Source: Candidatus Baldrarchaeota archaeon (GTDB taxonomy: Archaea > Asgardarchaeota > Baldrarchaeia > Baldrarchaeales > DXJG01). From it: DNA of 32,000 nucleotides. How positions within the stretch are numbered: position 1 is the stretch's first letter; each line of letters starts with the position of its first letter. Shown piece by piece: positions 18,391 through 26,780 of the stretch. The notes beneath the pieces were generated by a model. The model was given only the letters and a program-made list of their open reading frames with translations, ran no database searches and had not been told where the DNA came from. The DNA is taken from assembly GCA_019056805.1 (NCBI GenBank), contig DXJG01000001.1, forward strand, positions 150,001-182,000, written 5' to 3'. The position numbers and the translations under genes were made by a program.

Positions 18391-19092
18391 ATGTCGACTG
18401 AAATCATCCGAGGAGTTCCTCCCACTAGAAACTTAGGGTGTCTAAAACTGGCACCCTAAGCTAGAATGGAACTCCTCATCCTTAGAAGGCGAAAAATTCT
18501 TGCAGAAAAAGGTAGAGATTTACTTGAAGAAAAAAGGGACGCTTTAATTATGGAATTTCGAGACGTTTTGGAAAGAACATATAAACTACGGAACGAAGCT
18601 AACAAAAGTTTAGAAGAGGCGTTTAAGGAATTATCAGAAGTAAAAATGCTTATGGGACCTTTAATGATCGAAGAAATTGCGAGTAACATTCCTTCAACAT
18701 TAGAACTCGAAGTAAAAACGAGGAATATAATGGGAGTCAGAGTACCAATTTTGAGGGTTAAAGAAAAACAAAACGAAGAACCTGTGCTTTATAGTTTCAT
18801 CGATACTTCTTCCAAACTTGATACAGCCATTAAAAAATTTAGAAACGCCCTGAGAGCAATCTTAAGACTGGCGGAAACAGAAGGAGCTGTTAGAAGGTTG
18901 GCAGAAGAAATAAAAAAGACAAAAAGAAGAGTTAACGCCTTAAAATACGTAATTATTCCTAAGATAGAAAACACGATAAAATATATTGAATTTTACCTTG
19001 AGGAAATGGAAAGAGAAGACTTCTTTAGGCTCAAGCGAATTAAGAGTTTATTGGAAAGAAAAGCAGGAGAACGTATTAAAGCATCAACTTAA
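18391..19092 (+). CDS. atpD: A/V-type ATP synthase subunit D, intron-split: join(18391..18430,18467..19092), 221 aa
   Basis: ATG at 18391 with GGTGGTGA upstream. Removing 36 nt gives MSTEIIRGVPPTRMELLILRRRK, restoring the conserved P-T-R-M-E-L N-terminal motif. C-terminal TKRRVNALKYVIIP is present. Confidence 0.9.
18431..18466 (+). other. Predicted 36-nt bulge-helix-bulge/loop mRNA intron in atpD
   Basis: Central helix CUAG(18425-28)/CUAG(18461-64); bulges AA^A and AA^U; 11-bp intron stem (18432-42 with 18450-60); 10-bp exon-exon stem (18410-19 with 18468-77); in-frame TAA at 18457-59. Confidence 0.85.
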
Positions 19093-19110
19093 TTTTTTAT
19101 TATCAAGTAA

Positions 19111-19476
19111 TTATGTGTTTTTTGATGATTTTAGCAGTAAAATTGCCTGTGCTAAGTCTCCGCCAGTTTGTTCTAAAGCTTTTTTTGCGTCATCAATACT
19201 GACTCCTGCTTGAGCAGCAACTAGTTGAATGTCCTCCATAGGTATCTCTAATTTCTCTTCCTTTGTCTCTATTGGCCGTTGCTCAGCCTCTCCGAGGACT
19301 TGATAAAGATCCTGTCCACTAACTTTCATTAAAGTTACTTGCGGATTCCTAATAATAATTTCATTATCACTCAGCCTTATTATTACTTCTTTTACTCCAG
19401 CAAGTTCCTGTATTTTTATTCCCATTTGCTTCATGAGTTTTTTCATCATTTTTGGGCTCATTCGTCGAGGGATCAT
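19111..19476 (-). CDS. nac: Nascent polypeptide-associated complex protein (archaeal NAC)
   Basis: KKLMKQMGIK, EVIIR and NPQV motifs; C-terminal UBA domain EDIQLVAAQAGVS...GDLAQAI; GGAGGT ribosome-binding site. Confidence 0.95.
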   Translation of the reverse strand: MIPRRMSPKMMKKLMKQMGIKIQELAGVKEVIIRLSDNEIIIRNPQVTLMKVSGQDLYQVLGEAEQRPIETKEEKLEIPMEDIQLVAAQAGVSIDDAKKALEQTGGDLAQAILLLKSSKNT

Positions 19477-19488
19477 ATTTCGTACCTC

Positions 19489-20706
19489 CTAGCCATACAT
19501 GTCATTTTCAACTCTGGATGTCTTTTCGTTTTTTCTCTTTAAAACTTTATCAATTGCTTTTAGAAAATCAGAAAATGTAACTTTGACTCTTCGTTCTCTT
19601 ATGGCGAAAACTCCAGCTTCAGTACAGATAGCTTTAATATCTGCTCCAGTAGCACCTTCTGTTATTTTTGCCAATTCCCTTAACTCCACATCACTGGCGA
19701 GATTCATCTTCCTTGTGTGTATCTGAAAGATTTCTAATCTACCTTGTTGATTGGGAAGAGGAAACTCTATTATTCTATCAAATCTTCCAGGCCTTAACAA
19801 AGCTGGATCTAACATATCAGGTCTATTTGTTGCAGCCAAAATTCTAACATCACCTCTGGCGTCAAATCCATCTAAGGTACTAAGAAGCTGCATTAATGTT
19901 CTTTGTACTTCTTTATCACCACTAGTTGTTACATCGTATCTCTTTGAACCGATTGCATCTATTTCATCTATAAATACTATACTTGGCGCTTTTTTCTGTG
20001 CTAAGTGAAATATTTCCCTTACTAATCTGGCACCTTCTCCAATGTATTTTTGAACGAGTTCCGACCCTATTACCCTTATGAAAGTAGCTTTCGTCTCGTG
20101 AGCAACTGCTCTGGCAACTAAAGTTTTACCAGTTCCAGGAGGCCCACAGAAAAGGACCCCTTTCGGCGGGTCAATTCCAACTTTCTCAAAAAGCTCGGGA
20201 TGAGTTAGGGGTAACTCCACACACTCCTTAACTTCTCTTAGTTGCTCATGTAATCCTCCAATATCGTTATAAGTTACAGGCGGTGATTCTTCTACCTCCA
20301 TTCCCCTTACAAATGGGTCATATGATGGTGGAAGGACTTCAACAACAGCAAAAGTTCTCTGATTTAAAGCAACTCTAACTCCAGGATGAATTTTTTCACG
20401 TGGCACCATCGGAGATACATGAACCACAAAGTTCGGACCTGTAGAACTTTTAACTATCACTCTACCATCAGAAAGAATTTCGGTAACCGTTGCGGCAATT
20501 AAAGGTGGATACTTTAATCTTTCAATCTCCATTCTTAAAGCATTCAATTCTCTCTCTAAACGCACTTTTTCTGCGTCCAGTAATTGTTTTTCGGTTTCAA
20601 GCATTCTTAATCGTCTTTCTAAATGCTTCGTATAGCTAAGAAGATAGGAAATATCTTCATCGTCAACATATATCCTTTTTTTGGACTCAGTTGAGTTTGG
20701 CAACAA
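19489..20706 (-). CDS. pan: Proteasome-activating nucleotidase
   Basis: N-terminal coiled coil, OB domain, [29 protein letters not shown], and C-terminal HbYX motif MYG. Confidence 0.96.
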   Translation of the reverse strand: MLPNSTESKKRIYVDDEDISYLLSYTKHLERRLRMLETEKQLLDAEKVRLERELNALRMEIERLKYPPLIAATVTEILSDGRVIVKSSTGPNFVVHVSPMVPREKIHPGVRVALNQRTFAVVEVLPPSYDPFVRGMEVEESPPVTYNDIGGLHEQLREVKECVELPLTHPELFEKVGIDPPKGVLFCGPPGTGKTLVARAVAHETKATFIRVIGSELVQKYIGEGARLVREIFHLAQKKAPSIVFIDEIDAIGSKRYDVTTSGDKEVQRTLMQLLSTLDGFDARGDVRILAATNRPDMLDPALLRPGRFDRIIEFPLPNQQGRLEIFQIHTRKMNLASDVELRELAKITEGATGADIKAICTEAGVFAIRERRVKVTFSDFLKAIDKVLKRKNEKTSRVENDMYG

Positions 20707-20718
20707 TGTCCCTCCGTC

Positions 20719-20750
20719 GAAGTTATAAGAAGTTCAAGTCCCTATATATT
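20719..20750. promoter_or_regulatory. Divergent BRE-TATA promoters for mbf1 (+) and pan (-)
   Basis: GGAAGTTATAAG on the plus strand (20719-20730) and AAGAATATATAG on the minus strand within the 73-bp gap. Confidence 0.4.
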
Positions 20751-20779
20751 CTTGTCGTGGTTTTGGGGGCGTCACAAAT

Positions 20780-21292
20780 TTGAGATGTGAAATCTGTGGA
20801 CGAAAAATCCAAGGCACACCTAAGCATATAATCGTAGAAGGCGCCAAACTAGTTGTATGCAAAATTTGTGCTAAATTTGGATCAGAAACTCCAGTAGCTA
20901 CTACGCAAAGCAAAATTTCAACAAAAAGAACACTAAAAATTCCTAAAAAACCGGTTCAAAGAAGGGTAAAATACATATCAAAGCCCATAATGTTTGAAGA
21001 AGACTACGAACTAGTAGAAAACTTTGGAGAAAAAGTTAAAAAAGCAAGAGAAAAATTAGGATGGAAACAAGAAGACCTAGCAAGAGAAATTAAAGAAAAA
21101 GAATCAATAATAAGTAAAATTGAAACTATGGAAATAACGCCACCACTAAATACAATTAAGAAACTAGAAAAAGTTCTAAACATAAAACTTACAGTACCAG
21201 CATCCAAAATATCCGAAACCCCACCACTATCTACAAAGGAGCCATCTTTAACTCTAGGAGATGCCATAATACTTAAAAAGAAGAAAAAATAA
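20780..21292 (+). CDS. mbf1: Archaeal multiprotein bridging factor aMBF1
   Basis: N-terminal Zn ribbon CEICG..VCKICAKFG, Cro-type HTH, and C-terminal LTLGD motif. Confidence 0.95.
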   Translation: MRCEICGRKIQGTPKHIIVEGAKLVVCKICAKFGSETPVATTQSKISTKRTLKIPKKPVQRRVKYISKPIMFEEDYELVENFGEKVKKAREKLGWKQEDLAREIKEKESIISKIETMEITPPLNTIKKLEKVLNIKLTVPASKISETPPLSTKEPSLTLGDAIILKKKKK

Positions 21293-21303
21293 ATGGTGAT
21301 ACA

Positions 21304-22569
21304 ATGAAAGCTTTACTTGTCGAAGTAATTCAGTCCGCCAACGATAGTAGACTGGAAGAATTCAAAGAACTCGCAAAAGCAGCTGGCTATGAAATAGAAG
21401 GAGTCTTACAGCAAATACGAAACTCACCAGATCCAGCCTATTGCTTGGGAAAAGGAAAAGCCGAAGAACTCGCACAACTGGCAAAAATGCTAAAACCAGA
21501 CAAAATAATCTTTAACAAAGAATTAAAACCAAATCAAACAATAAATTTAGAGAACTTGACTAAAACAGAAGTTATCGATAGAATCCAACTTATTCTTGAA
21601 ATATTCACAAAAAGAGCAGGTACAAAAGAAGCTAAACTTCAAATAGAATTAGCAAAACTAAAGTACCTTCTTCCCAAACTAAAAATGTATGTCAAATACA
21701 CGAAAAAGGAAGAATTCCCAGGATTTCACGGCCCAGGATACTACCAAACAGCTAAGTATGAAAGAATGATCAGAAAAAGAATAGCTAAAATAGAAAGAGA
21801 ACTTGAAAAAATTAGGTATGAAAGAGAAGAGAGAAGAAAAATTAGACGAGAACTTGGATTTTCACTTGTAGCTTTAGCCGGATATAGCAATGCAGGAAAA
21901 TCCACTCTACTAAATAGACTAACGAAATCAAATGTTCCAGCAGATGATAGGCTATTCACTACTCTAGGCACATACACTAGATTTGCATACTTTAATGGCA
22001 AAAAAGTTCTTATAAGCGATACAATAGGATTTGTTGAAAATTTACCACATTTGGTCATTGAGGCATTTAAATCGACATTAGAAGAAATCACATTAGCCGA
22101 TTTAATTATACTGGTTGTTGATGCAAGTGAACCATTACATGAGATAGAAAGGAAGATAAAAACAGCTAACGACGTCTTGGAGGAGGTTGGTGCGACAGGA
22201 AAACCGGTTCTCATGGCTTTAAATAAAATAGATAAAATTTCCTCAGAAGAAATCAAAGAAAAAGTATCAAAATTAGAAGGACTTGCGCAGGATATTGTTC
22301 CCATCTCGGCGCTATATGGTTATAATCTAGATAAGTTATCTATTAAAGCAGAACAACTTCTACCAAAATATGTTAAAATAGAAGCTCACATACCTTTAAA
22401 ACAAGATGCCGGTCTTTTAATTTCACATATATACAACAGAGGAAATGTTAAACAAGTTGTATATTTTAACGATGAAATTAAAATGCAGTTCGAAGTATTA
22501 CCACATACATCCGAATATTTCAGAAAAATCATAGAAAGAGCTGGTGGAACATTAGAAATCATGCAATGA
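21304..22569 (+). CDS. hflX: GTPase HflX
   Basis: LILEIF..RA..KEAKLQIELA, GYSNAGKS, LFTTL, DTIGF and NKID motifs. Confidence 0.96.
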   Translation: MKALLVEVIQSANDSRLEEFKELAKAAGYEIEGVLQQIRNSPDPAYCLGKGKAEELAQLAKMLKPDKIIFNKELKPNQTINLENLTKTEVIDRIQLILEIFTKRAGTKEAKLQIELAKLKYLLPKLKMYVKYTKKEEFPGFHGPGYYQTAKYERMIRKRIAKIERELEKIRYEREERRKIRRELGFSLVALAGYSNAGKSTLLNRLTKSNVPADDRLFTTLGTYTRFAYFNGKKVLISDTIGFVENLPHLVIEAFKSTLEEITLADLIILVVDASEPLHEIERKIKTANDVLEEVGATGKPVLMALNKIDKISSEEIKEKVSKLEGLAQDIVPISALYGYNLDKLSIKAEQLLPKYVKIEAHIPLKQDAGLLISHIYNRGNVKQVVYFNDEIKMQFEVLPHTSEYFRKIIERAGGTLEIMQ

Positions 22570-22579
22570 ATTGCCTATT

Positions 22580-23140
22580 TCAGGTTTTTAAAACTTTTTT
22601 ACCCTTTGCAGAAGGAACTATTCTAATTTTTGCATTCTTAAACTCAAATTTAAATTCTTTTCCTTTCCAAAGTTCATGAAGGAAAACAGCAAGGGCAGCC
22701 ACTTCGCTATGCGGTTGATTAGTAATTGAAACGTTCCAATCAGCTAGCTCAAAAATCCATGCTGGAACTTTTTCTGCTCCGACAACAATAAGTTTATCTT
22801 TTTTTGACTTCCTTATTTTCTCTATTACGTTAGGTAGAGGAAGACCGTACATTGTTAAGTGAATAATTTCTCCACCTTTTGCTCTCCATTCTTCTATGAT
22901 CTTCCTTGCAGAAACTCCAATTTCTACGTGAAACGAGCCGCCCCAGGTCATTACAACCTTTTCTAAGGATTTTTTCACGTTTTCATCCTTTTCACCAGCA
23001 ATGTAAATTCCGTTAGCGCCAAAGGCCCTACTAACCAAACCAACATGAGTGGTAATTCTTCTATCTCTTTCAATTCGATGACCTAAGCGTAAAACATATA
23101 TGGTATAAGTTTTATTTCCCAAATTGAAGCAAACCTCCAT
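22580..23140 (-). CDS. trm56: tRNA (cytidine(56)-2'-O)-methyltransferase
   Basis: [40 protein letters not shown] and [14 protein letters not shown] motifs. Confidence 0.95.
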   Translation of the reverse strand: MEVCFNLGNKTYTIYVLRLGHRIERDRRITTHVGLVSRAFGANGIYIAGEKDENVKKSLEKVVMTWGGSFHVEIGVSARKIIEEWRAKGGEIIHLTMYGLPLPNVIEKIRKSKKDKLIVVGAEKVPAWIFELADWNVSITNQPHSEVAALAVFLHELWKGKEFKFEFKNAKIRIVPSAKGKKVLKT

Positions 23141-23309
23141 ACTTTATGTATTATATTGAAATGTTAGTTACCAGTTGAGGCTTAGTTGGAAATTCAGTTT
23201 TCTATCTTTTTAACATTTAGATACTTTGTTGTGTTAAATGTAAAGATTTATACTGATAATCTCCTTAAGTTAATTTGAAACATGGAGAGAGAGCGGAGTA
23301 GCAATAACG

Positions 23310-23879
23310 ATGAAAAACAACGAAGTGGTGCAATTAATGCATGAAAAAGTGCAAAAACAGTCAAAGAAAACTAAGAACGATGTGTTTGTATCAGTGGTCG
23401 AAGAACTAGTTGGAGAAGATGCTGTAAACGTAGCTATGGCACTTTCAAAAAGAAAGGAGGCTACAGATGAAGAAATATCCCAAGAAACAGGTATAAGGCT
23501 AAATGACGTGAGAAAAATTCTTTATAAACTTCATAATTTTAATTTGGCTACATATCGTCGAATAAGGGATGATAGTACTGGGTGGTTTACATATTTCTGG
23601 CAGATAAACAAAGAAAGAGTTTATGATCTCATAAAAAGTAGAAAAAAACTTGTTTTAGAAAAATTAAAAGAAAGATTGGAATACGAAAAAAGTAAGATGT
23701 TCTTTTATTGCCCTAATGATGGGGACGCCAGGCTAACATTCGAAGAAGCTATGGAAAGTTCTTTTAAATGCCCAAAGTGTGGAAATGTACTTCAACATTT
23801 TGATAATTCCGAAATAATAAAAATATTGGAAGAAAAAATTAGAGAACTGGAAGAGGAGATGGACAGTACATCTAAGTAA
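23310..23879 (+). CDS. tfe: Transcription factor E alpha
   Basis: wHTH TDEEIS..VRKILYKL, GWFTYFW, Zn ribbon FxCP..FKCPKCG. ATG at 23337 with GTGGTG upstream is an alternative start. Confidence 0.95.
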   Translation: MKNNEVVQLMHEKVQKQSKKTKNDVFVSVVEELVGEDAVNVAMALSKRKEATDEEISQETGIRLNDVRKILYKLHNFNLATYRRIRDDSTGWFTYFWQINKERVYDLIKSRKKLVLEKLKERLEYEKSKMFFYCPNDGDARLTFEEAMESSFKCPKCGNVLQHFDNSEIIKILEEKIRELEEEMDSTSK

Positions 23880-23901
23880 CGTCGATCATGGAAGTGAAAA
23901 A

Positions 23902-24702
23902 ATGCCAATCCACTCAGTAATTTTACTAGAAAAAATTTATGGGCCCAATAAAGAAATTGCAATTAAGGCATTTCATCACATAGCAGCAAGCCTAGTAAGG
24001 GACTTAAACGTGAAAATAATAGGAATAGAGAAAGATGTTAAGGGATGGATAAAAGTTACTCTAAACGGGGAGGACGCTGAAGCCGCAAAAAACTATCTAG
24101 CTAAGGAATTTTATTCAACAGTTTTAATTAATCAGCTTAAAAATGGAGATATCAGAAAAGGAAAGCTCATAGATGTGGAAAAATACGGCTACGGTATATA
24201 CATAGATATTGGTGTTATTTCTCCCCGTCCAAAAGACGCTCTAATACCTCTGTATGTTTTAAGAAAACAATTAGCAAATAATCATAAAGTATCTACAAGA
24301 CAAATAATTAAAAAATACGCTTTTATGGATAACTTACCATTAGAAGTAAAAATAATAGATGTCGACGAACGATTTGATACAATTGAAGTAGAATTAAGTG
24401 AAAATCAAATAAAAAAATACAAAAAATGGATTAATCAGGGGTTAGATAGAATAATCATCTGCGGAGCCACCAGACAAATGGTTAGAAAAGCGATAATAAA
24501 ATCAGGACATTTACAAGACATTCTAAGTATCGAAAGACTAGGACTTTTAGAACACACTGTTGTATGCAAACCTGGCACCACAGCACAAGGACTTATAGCA
24601 GAAATAGGAAAGTATTTACCAAAAATCCCGATGAAAGCATTTAAACCAAAAGAAATCAAGAAATGGCTAGAACAACTAGAAAATATAAACAAAAAATTGT
24701 AA
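23902..24702 (+). CDS. DUF2110 family protein
   Basis: YGYGIYIDIG and LPLEV motifs; occupies the usual archaeal position downstream of tfe. Confidence 0.75.
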   Translation: MPIHSVILLEKIYGPNKEIAIKAFHHIAASLVRDLNVKIIGIEKDVKGWIKVTLNGEDAEAAKNYLAKEFYSTVLINQLKNGDIRKGKLIDVEKYGYGIYIDIGVISPRPKDALIPLYVLRKQLANNHKVSTRQIIKKYAFMDNLPLEVKIIDVDERFDTIEVELSENQIKKYKKWINQGLDRIIICGATRQMVRKAIIKSGHLQDILSIERLGLLEHTVVCKPGTTAQGLIAEIGKYLPKIPMKAFKPKEIKKWLEQLENINKKL

Positions 24703-24767
24703 AGTTAAAGTACTCAAACTAGCAAAGAATTTTTACAATAAATAAATTGTGGACTTAAAAGTGATAT

Positions 24768-24876
24768 TGGTGGGCCCGCCGGGATTTGAACCCGGGACTT
24801 CCGCCGTGTGAGGGCGGCGTCATAGCCGGGTTACCCAACGGAAGCTTATTTTCTTCCATTTCTAGACCACGGGCCC
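24768..24876 (-). tRNA. tRNA-Val(CAC) with a 31-nt D-loop intron at position 15/16 (24831..24861); CCA encoded
   Basis: Acceptor stem GGGCCCG/CGGGCCC, anticodon arm CCGCC-CTCACAC-GGCGG, T loop TTCAAAT. Removing 31 nt gives a 78-nt cloverleaf with D loop AGCCCGGCTA. Confidence 0.9.
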
Positions 24877-24920
24877 AAATACATTTCCTACAGTATTTAA
24901 GTATAAATTTTTCTATCTAG

Positions 24921-25385
24921 TTACTTCAAGAACTTTTTTAGCTCATAGAGAACAACAGCTGCCACGCCTATTGGCCCTATATCCTCAGCAACGTCTAATG
25001 AAACGGTTTTTCCAAGATCCATCTCTTTCTTTGATAATCCCGGTTCACTACCGCCGAACACAAACAAAATTTTTCTCTCTTCCTTTAGTTTATTAGCAAT
25101 CTTAGTGGGATCATAAGTATCCTTGGCAAATCGTGGTGGAACAAAAACGTAAATTTCATCCGGTTTTAATAATTCAATTACATCAGGTAAGTCTGGAAAA
25201 CAAAGTAGAGACTTTTTTTGTCTATACATAATTTTTTGTGCTTCAGGAATACCGGAAACAGCCGCTGCGCCTTCAGCTTTAGAAATTATGAGCGATTTTA
25301 AACCAAAACCGATTGCAAGTTTAGCCATATCCTTTACCCTTTGAATACTGTGAACGTTGTGTAAAACCACAAAAAGTTGATCCAT
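24921..25385 (-). CDS. Archaeal SPOUT-class RNA methyltransferase-like protein (COG4080-type, often labelled RecB-family nuclease)
   Basis: VVLHNVHS.QR..DMAK, GAAA.SGIPEAQK and VFGGSEPGL motifs. Confidence 0.75.
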   Translation of the reverse strand: MDQLFVVLHNVHSIQRVKDMAKLAIGFGLKSLIISKAEGAAAVSGIPEAQKIMYRQKKSLLCFPDLPDVIELLKPDEIYVFVPPRFAKDTYDPTKIANKLKEERKILFVFGGSEPGLSKKEMDLGKTVSLDVAEDIGPIGVAAVVLYELKKFLK

Positions 25386-25422
25386 TATCGTTCCTCCTCA
25401 AATTTGAATTAACAATTACAAA

Positions 25423-26391
25423 TTATTCACTTGATTTTTCTACTAAAAACTTTTTGACTTCACAAGCAATTACACGAGCTAGAACAACGGGAACGGCTTC
25501 ACCTACCTCTTCGTACTGTACAGATCTACCTCCAAAAAATACGTGATCATCTGGAAAACTCATCAAACGAGCATGCTCCCGCACTGTTAAAAAACGATCT
25601 TCGAAAGGGTGAATAAATCTAGAATTGCCTAAAACGGTTGGAGCAACCCTATAGGGATGTAATCTAGTCCAATTAGTAAAAATTTTTCCTCTTGCACCTC
25701 TATAAAAGATAAGAGACTCCCCCCACCTAAGGGAAGCTATTTTCTTCCTTTTTCGTCTAGGTATGGGATGCCATTCATGATTAGGTACATCGTGTACACC
25801 TTCAGGATCTGGTAAGTCACCGATAGCCTCAATAACTGTAACCTTTTTCTTTACTGGCTTTGGAGAGAGTTTTATGTTAGAAATAAACAATCTTGAACGC
25901 CTAGAAGGATTACCGTATCTTTCAGCTCTTAAAAGATTAAAATATATTTTTGAATACCCTACTCGTTCAAACTCTTTTTTTATTGCATCTTTTAAAGGGC
26001 CCTCAATAATTTGAGGGACATTTTCCATAACAAATACCTTTGGTCTTAAATCACCAACAAAACGAATAAAACTTAATGTAAGTCTCCCAATAGGATCTTT
26101 ATAAAGCCTATCTAGGGGATTTTCTAGTCTTTTAATATTGGCGGCTGTAAAGGGTTCACAAGGAGGCGAACCTATAATAACATCGGGTTCTTTACCGATA
26201 AAACCCAAAAAGTCGATAGGATGAATATTTTTTATGTCTTCAACAATTAAAGTTGTATTTGGAAAATTGTAACGATACGTTTCAGCTACGGGTGGAAAAT
26301 TATCTATTGCTCCCACAACTTCGAAGTCCTCATCTACAAAGCCGCGAGAAAAACCACCAGCACCACAAAACAGATCATAAACTCTAAACAT
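25423..26391 (-). CDS. C5 cytosine DNA methyltransferase (Dcm family, orphan)
   Basis: Motif I DLFCGAGG, motif IV GSPPC, motif VI ENV, motif IX RFLTVREHARLMSFPD. ATG at 26391 has GAGGTG upstream; the ORF-track extension to 26457 overlaps the tRNA. Confidence 0.88.
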   Translation of the reverse strand: MFRVYDLFCGAGGFSRGFVDEDFEVVGAIDNFPPVAETYRYNFPNTTLIVEDIKNIHPIDFLGFIGKEPDVIIGSPPCEPFTAANIKRLENPLDRLYKDPIGRLTLSFIRFVGDLRPKVFVMENVPQIIEGPLKDAIKKEFERVGYSKIYFNLLRAERYGNPSRRSRLFISNIKLSPKPVKKKVTVIEAIGDLPDPEGVHDVPNHEWHPIPRRKRKKIASLRWGESLIFYRGARGKIFTNWTRLHPYRVAPTVLGNSRFIHPFEDRFLTVREHARLMSFPDDHVFFGGRSVQYEEVGEAVPVVLARVIACEVKKFLVEKSSE

Positions 26392-26413
26392 ATATTCCAC
26401 CTCAAAATTAGGG

Positions 26414-26564
26414 TGGCGCCGGGGGTGGGATTTGAACCCACGCGGCACAACGGCCACGGGCTATCCACCCCTAGGATAGCAGGCTTGAGCCCGCGAAGGA
26501 AACTATAGCGGACCGCTCCCTACCAGGTTCCCCGGAGATCTATTATCCTCTAGGATACCCCGGC
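26414..26564 (-). tRNA. tRNA-Ser(GCT) with three introns: 15/16 (26528..26549), 29/30 (26485..26512) and 37/38 (26463..26476); CCA encoded
   Basis: Acceptor stem GCCGGGG/CCCCGGC, discriminator G, long variable arm. Removing 22+28+14 nt gives an 87-nt tRNA with anticodon arm CGGGC-CTGCTAA-GCCCG. Each intron has BHB geometry. Confidence 0.88.
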
Positions 26565-26780
26565 ATTCTTTAATTAGATAAATGTGCGTCTTCCTTATTT
26601 ATTATTTTCTAAGTTATTAATAGTGATTAATCAAAGAGCATGTTACTATACATAGTGGGTTTTTTAATTTTTGGAACAATAAGTCAAGTAACGGTTTAAT
26701 AGAGATTTTGATAAATAGATCATAAATCAAGTAATATTCTTTAAATTTCAATAATATAGATAATTTTGAAAAGAATTAAA

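Noticed and set aside
18425-18466. atpD insertion as a MITE with a 6-bp target duplication (CTAGAA)
   Set aside because: Disfavoured rather than excluded. The repeat follows from the self-complementary CUAG helix plus AA bulges. The 10-bp exon-exon stem and exact frame restoration are not expected from a MITE, and no other copy was noticed in the window.
19111-24702. NAC-PAN-MBF1-HflX-Trm56-TFE-DUF2110 cluster as a novel system
   Set aside because: This is a known conserved archaeal gene neighbourhood. All ORFs look intact, with no insertions visible.
26392-26457. N-terminal extension of the methyltransferase ORF
   Set aside because: It overlaps the tRNA-Ser 3' half. ATG at 26391 has its own GAGGTG site and directly precedes motif I.
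26484-26494. Reading the 26414-26564 tRNA as Leu(CAA) from GCGGGCTCAAG
   Set aside because: That segment lies almost entirely in the strict-BHB 29/30 intron. The acceptor stem, discriminator G and D arm are Ser-type, and only the GCT reading closes the anticodon stem.
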